Of a stretch of DNA of 64,000 nucleotides, positions 58,001 through 64,000 are shown one piece after another. Both the position numbers and the translations under genes were made by a program. This stretch comes from Tubulanus polymorphus (Eukaryota > Animalia > Nemertea), in contig NC_134028.1 in assembly GCF_964204645.1 (NCBI RefSeq), positions 25,726,345 to 25,790,344 on the forward strand. Reading direction: 5' to 3'. The notes beneath the pieces were generated by a model. The model was not told where the DNA came from. It did not search any database and worked only from the letters and a program-made list of their open reading frames with translations. Each line of letters starts with the position of its first letter. Position 1 is the stretch's first letter.

Positions 58001-61000
58001 ATAACTGTTACTCTGTTTATCGATGAATGCCACAAACTGATGAAAAAGTTGTTAAAACAGTGCCTGGTTTTTCACCGAAAAATTAACCAAACTCCTGATC
58101 ATTTTGACATCAGTGGGATGATTGATACTATTTGGGATCTTCTGAATATTGTATTTCTGTTTAGATGAATGCCACGACCAGGTGAAAATGAAGTTTAAAC
58201 AGTTACCTGGCGTTTCATCGAATTAACTGAATCCTCGATCAAATCATTTTGACATTGTTTAAGTGGAATGATTGATACTATTTGGGATCTTTTGAATATC
58301 ATATTTCAAGATGAAAACTATTTGCATTCGTTTCATTTCAGCCTCGCCAGAAGAATCTGCCGAAGACTTCTTCCATAATGTAAGAAATATTTGGAATGAG
58401 ACAGATTCTGATCTTACATAAAAGAAACAGCCTATATAAATATATATATATATATATGAGAAGTGGCATTTTCTGATGTATATTTTCAGGTAATGGAAGT
58501 AACTGAAACTCATATATCATGGCCGTCCAAATTGAAAATAGGAGCAAAATCAAAAAAAGGTAAGCAACGAGAACTGGTTTTGCTCTCGGTATGCCTGTTT
58601 TATGTTTTAGTTAGAATGTCGTAATTGCGTAGAGAGGTCGAATTACGAGTTAGTTAAAATAGTGTATCAATCACTTCTGAGTACTGTGTTATTACGCCTT
58701 GGGTTTCTTTTCATCTGACCTCGCACAACATCGCTCTGAATATGTAGAATATTTTCGTTTGAGAACATTATTACAGCATTACTGAATATGCGTATAGAAA
58801 AATGCCACCGATTGAGACGTCTAAAATTAGTCGACGGTCACCTAGAAGTTTGTGCCAAATATTCATTTCATGATTTCATCATTTATTCAGTCGGTTCTGC
58901 TTTTCTAGTTCCTGTTATCGAAGTTTTCCTGATGTTCTGAAATATTTAGTAGTTTCTGATATTCGTTCGGGTTCCAGACGAACTGAACACGTTATATTTT
59001 AAAACTCAGGTGAAGTAAACAGCTATAAACAGTAGTATATTGAGGCCAGTGCGTATGTCTGTACTAGCCTGTTATAGTATCATATTTCATGTATATAAAC
59101 ACATATTTAAGTGTAATCTTATCCATGTTCTTATCGTGTGTCCCGAGCACATTGTCAAATGACATGGCTTAGTTTTTAGTGCATCTGTGATATATTTCAT
59201 ATCACACGTGTATATCACGAATGTATATTAATCACTTCGGTATCGTTGTTTTATCTGAGATTGCTTGAAAAAAAAACTTAAAAGTCTGCAAAAAAGAGTC
59301 TTGTGATTTTATATGTTTTGATTTATTTGAACAGTATTTCATGTTAGTTTTGATTACCTAAGAACATTCCGGTACAGCATATTTAGATGAATATTACTGC
59401 AATTTTCTGAGACCAGAAGATAGTTCGATTAATAGATTAATAGAATATCCTGTACATCTGATGAGGAAAACAGTTAATAAGTTTTGAAAAGTCAGGTGTA
59501 ACGTTAATGGTCTCTAGAGACAGTCCGAAACGTCATGTCTTATGATTTAAAATTTTTGATAAATAAAATTCGCTTTTGATTTTGCATATATTGGATTTTA
59601 AATTTGTAGTTCCATTAGTTTAGGAAAAGAAAAGTTCGAAAAAAGAGGATTATTCAATAGAGTTTCCGTGTTTATTATTGTCGAGCGTAAACATTCTAAT
59701 ATTACGTTCTTTCTCGCGCTCCGTGTCTTTGAACATTCCCGAACGGTTTTTCTTACTTTTACTCGTCGTTCAATTACTCCTTTAGCAGTGACAGAAATTT
59801 GCAATTCCATAAAAGACGAAGACCGCTGAAGCATGTCCCTTTATATAAGACAGTCAATTGAAATCGGTATTTCCGTACATTGTGCCTTTTGTGCCCGAAA
59901 ATGTATACAGTATCGTGTATTCTTTAGAAACCTGTCATATGCAGCGACGCTTTTCCAGAACGTTTCCAAACGGCACGGCGAAAACGGTGTGAAAATTTCG
60001 TGCCCGTTACGAAAACGCTAACCGAAGATATTTGTAAAATATCCGCGAAAGATCGTCTCGAATCGAGGAAGGAATATGCGTAGAATTCACGGCAGACGGA
60101 ATTATTCTGAAAATGGAGAATGTTAACTAGTGAGGAATCGTTAGCGAGTTCGTTTTTTTGTCGGAAAGTTCATAATGTCTTCATCGCGTAATCAGCGTAT
60201 AGTGCTCCCGGTTTACAGTCAGATTTGGGCCCCTCTCGCGCCCGCATCAGCGCCTCAGATTATAATCTCATCGGCCGGCGATCAGAACAATGTCGCCTCG
60301 CCGCCGATTATTGTCAAAAGTTGTAATAGAAATAGTGAGCTGGGTGAGTTTGAAGCGCTTAGAAAATACCATTAACTAAAAATCTAACGTAATCTAATTA
60401 TAAATCAGGGCAGTTGAGTTCCAACATCTCTTCAGCGTAGGTAACATCATCGAGATTCAGATGAGATTCTATGGTGATCTATATTTAAACTCAAAATATT
60501 GAAGGTTTAACAACGAAAATCTGTTGCGCTGACGTTTTGGATAGAATGCTTCTTCTACCTATTTCATTTCGAATGAATCTCCGGTGACTGGTTCCACAGT
60601 GGAGAATTAAGTCTTAAATCTTACATTCCCAGTTCCACAGTTGTGAGTTAGAGTTAGCTCTGAGTTAAAGTTAGTTCATTTTTAAAGATTTAACTCACAA
60701 AAATTTCATCAGCGGATCTAAAAAAACCATCACTTTTCACACCAAATTCAAAAAGTGCTTACTTTTGCTATCGCAAGTAATTTTTTTGGACAATCATTTG
60801 ATTTCATTTCTAGAATATATGTCTGGATCCAGTTCCACAGTTGTGAGTTAGAGTTAACTCTGAGTTAAAGTTTTCAATTTTCAATGAGTTAACTCGAGTC
60901 ATATCTTAACTCACAACTGTGGAACTGGACCGAGACTGTTCTTAAGTTGTTAGATCATCGGCTATATATAACTAAGATCTTAGACTGGTCTTAAAGCCAT

Positions 61001-64000
61001 TCCTAGTTAAATCTTCAATAATATATGCAGAACATGCTCGTGTTTGCATGTTAAGAATCATTTTCCGAAACTCGGATATCTTTTCTTTTCTTCGTTTAAA
61101 AGGAATTCGATGCCAGCTGTGAAATCATTAACAGATGATAACGGGAGGTCTTTATGATATCGTTGATTATGATTGACCAATATCGCGAGTGCCCACTCTG
61201 CACGTGTTTTGCGAGTGTCCGCCCTGCACGTCTCCACTGCGTCAGCTGATCAGTGTATTAGTCATATTCGACAGTAACTTCAATTGCTGCGCATAATATA
61301 TATCTTTTAAGACGACATTTGATTATGCACTGTCATACCCCGCGTATATAACTATTAATCTAAGCTTTCAGTCGGTTCACAATGTGATTTGACTAGTGGG
61401 AGTTTTCCTAGAATAGCAGTGCATGGGAAATGTTGTATATATATGTGTGTAAACGCATACAGTTATGTTTATGTTGACATAATTGCGTAGGTTGATGTCC
61501 CCGCGCTCTCCGTGCGTCCGTTCGTTTCCTGTGAAATTTCTTGTCAATTACACAACGTAGTTGTTTCATCGATAGCTTTCTTCTAATATCTCAAATTAAT
61601 TCTCGATATTGCCGTCCATCCCGATGTAGTATGTATGGTATTTGCTCTATGAATATCTAATTCATAGAAATGCCCACCTATATGTACGTTACCCAACCAC
61701 GCATTGTTATCAAAGTAATTGTCTCGAAGTACCTGATTCTGTTTTGGGACCTGCATCATTTTTATCCGTATTTTTAGATCCACATATCAAAATATCTGGT
61801 CGTATGTCAGCTGTCTCAAACGCGAGAGAAAAAATTCTCAATGTTCTCGATACAAAGGTAAGAACCCAAAAATACCCGACATCAGAGTCCTCACTGATGA
61901 AGTTTGGACCTTCATCAGTCGTTTGACGGTTCAGACTGGTCGGAAGATAGTTCACACAACCCGCAACTAGAATTTACAATTGTATTCTGGGATTCGACAA
62001 AAGATTTTGCCCAATCGACAGACAATCCAAATATTTCTGTACTTTGATTTCTGACCCCTGTTTCATAAACGGCAGGTGCGGTGGGTTTGTTACGGACACC
62101 AAATCGAAATCATCTTAAGAACCGAGAGGGACGATCGATCGTGCCTATTTCACGATCAAAAAGCTAGGACGTTTTAGACCTACCGTATTGACCAAAGTTT
62201 CAGGGGCAGATTGAGCCTACCCCTTCACCGCTTTAGTGGTACTCTTGGATGAATGAAAACTATCAAAATATTCTGAAAGCGTAACCCTAAACCTCCCTGT
62301 ATGGTGCTGTGATGCTGAATTGAGCCGTACTCAATCCACCCCTGAGTTTGGAATATTGTAGATTACGACTTACGAACTTCATTAATTCATGAATTCATTG
62401 GTTTCATGTGATTTCTTACGCAGAGTAATCGTGTTACATTGAAAATGGACGTGGCTCACACCGAGCATTCGCATGTCATCGGAAAGGGTGGAAACAACAT
62501 CAAAACGGTGATGAAAGACACCGGTTGTCATATTCACTTCCCCGACTCGAACAGAAATAATACGCTGGAAAAAAGCAATCAGGTACGTATGTACTAGACT
62601 CGATTCATGCAAATCTAGAGACCATCTTCTCGGGATATGAGTTCCTTCATTTTCAGTATCCTGCCAAATCAAAGTTTGGTTCTATCCCAGTTTGGTAGTA
62701 TCCATCCCAGTTTGGTGGTATCCCAGTTTTGTGTATCCCAGATAGGTGGTATCCCAGTTTGATAGTATCCCAGTCTGTTAGTATCCCAGTTTGTTAGAAT
62801 CCCAGTTTGTTAGTATCCCAGTTTGATAGTATCCCAGTTTGATAGTATCCCAGTTTGATAGTATCCCAGTTTGATAGTATCCCAGTTTGATAGTATCCCA
62901 GTTTGTTAGTATCCCAGTTTGTTAGTATCCCAGTTTGTTAGTATCCCAGTTTGATAGTATCCCAGTTTGATAGTATCCCAGTTTGAAAGTATCCCAGTTT
63001 GATAGTATCCCAGTTTGATAGTATCCCAGTCTGCCTTTGTCGTGATATAAGTTGCTGATCGAGAAAAACAGGAACGATTTGAATTAAAAATCTCCTAACA
63101 GTGAAATCAGAAATTTCTCGCATCCTGTCGATGTAGTTTCATTTCAAATTTTAGGAGCCTAAATCTAGAACCCTCGGGATACTGGCCTAGGCCTGATGTA
63201 TTTCTGCAGAGCCTAATCTTGCGGGTAGATTCAATAGTTCCCAGGATCGTTTAAATCGCGTCATTATCATAATCATTATAGAAATTCATGAAGTAATTTA
63301 TGCCTATTTTAGTACTAATGACGCATACATCGCATACAAAATTCTGATAAACGGTTTTAAGGGCGTGTATTGTTACACTTTTGTTTTGGCGTTTAATGTT
63401 TGTTTTTGATTCATATCCGGTTTTAAGTATATATTTCAAGTCGTATGATTCATTATTTCAAAGCTGTTAAATCGAATACGGTTAGAATAATGTCCTCAAG
63501 TTCAGGTCACATCTGTCCTACCTACCTGAAATTCAATTGTATTTAGGTTATGCAAATAACAGTTGTGCGTGTGTGTGTGTGTACTGAACTAAGTTGTTCT
63601 TTAAAGCTGGATTTGCTTTCTTCAGGGCATCTTGAATATTAAGAATTTTACTGATCAGTGATTTTGAATTGTTTCATGTTTATACCTGCATATGTTTGCA
63701 TTCGTATATGCGCATGTATTTACGCTTTCTTATATACATATAAGTGAAGTGCTTTTATTTCTGAAACCGATAGAAAAAAAATGAAAATCATATTTGCCAG
63801 GACCTCTGTGAAAAAGATGGCCACCTCCGTGAAAACATTATTTGATGATATCATAGGGGGATTATTGGAGGCAGACTAGATTTTCCCTGTCTTAAAAATT
63901 TTTGATAAAATAAATGAAATTTTTCATCCCAGTTACTAGAATCTTATGATTACTTCATTGTAGGTTTCGTTAGCCGGTCAGCCTCATGGTGTGGAAAGTG
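55021..64000 (+). CDS. BICC1: Bicaudal-C KH-domain RNA-binding protein, 3' part outside window; exons 55021-55123, 58342-58379, 58490-58559, 61778-61857, 62424-62582, 63964->64000
   Basis: EERFRVDRRKLE, SAEDFF, ISWPSKLKIGAKSKKDPHIKI and NRVTLKMDVAHTEHSHVIGKGGNNIK...IHFPDSNR...EKSNQVSLAG match Bic-C KH1/KH2; in-phase GT-AG introns. Confidence 0.95.
55271..55334. repeat. 64-bp loopless AT-rich palindrome (one mismatched pair)
   Basis: TATAGAATGAACCTTTTATCATTTAAATATAA|TTATATTTAAATGATAAAAGTTTCATTCTATA. Confidence 0.9.
60829..60928. mobile_element. Short MITE (TIR CCAGTTCCACAGTTGTGAGTTA) with partial copies at ~60588-60700
   Basis: CCAGTTCCACAGTTGTGAGTTA ... TAACTCACAACTGTGGAACTGG; the left arm is repeated at ~60629. 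Confidence 0.75.
62682..63030. repeat. 16-bp minisatellite (TAGTATCCCAGTTTGW), ~21 copies
   Basis: Directly visible tandem array in BICC1 intron 5. Confidence 0.95.

Noticed and set aside
58165-58181. BICC1 micro-exon (TTAG|ATGAATGCCACGACCAG|GTG)
   Set aside because: 17 nt would break the frame with the next exon; it lies in a local ~60-bp duplication (58105-58170 versus 58250-58315).

Overview
This is eukaryotic nuclear DNA: AT-rich, with GT-AG spliceosomal introns. Gene content (DOK7, BICC1, G-alpha12/13) points to a bilaterian invertebrate; a lophotrochozoan is a guess. I hand-spliced 11 protein genes: DOK7-like (-, 3' end off window), an unassigned ~527-aa coiled-coil protein (+), G-alpha12/13 (-), an 18-exon oligopeptidase A-like M3A peptidase (+), an intronless orphan class-A GPCR nested antisense in that gene's intron 9, DPH7 (-), CDK2AP1 (-), GET4 (+), a GT31 beta-1,3-galactosyltransferase (+), ZNHIT1 (-) and BICC1 (+, runs off window). 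Eight of them form four head-to-head pairs. Introns and intergenic DNA hold several MITE families, a decayed Tc1/mariner element, minisatellites and minimal hammerhead-ribozyme motifs. There is no CRISPR array or prokaryotic system. The best leads are: an apparently mitochondria-targeted M3A peptidase with Gln at its third Zn-ligand position; the nested GPCR with a ~570-aa third intracellular loop; a CDK2AP1/DPH7 locus with no evident separate DPH7 promoter; an intact-looking hammerhead ribozyme; and an unexplained GC-rich, pseudoknot-capable island at ~53.3-53.6 kb. All family calls come from recalled motifs, not database searches.
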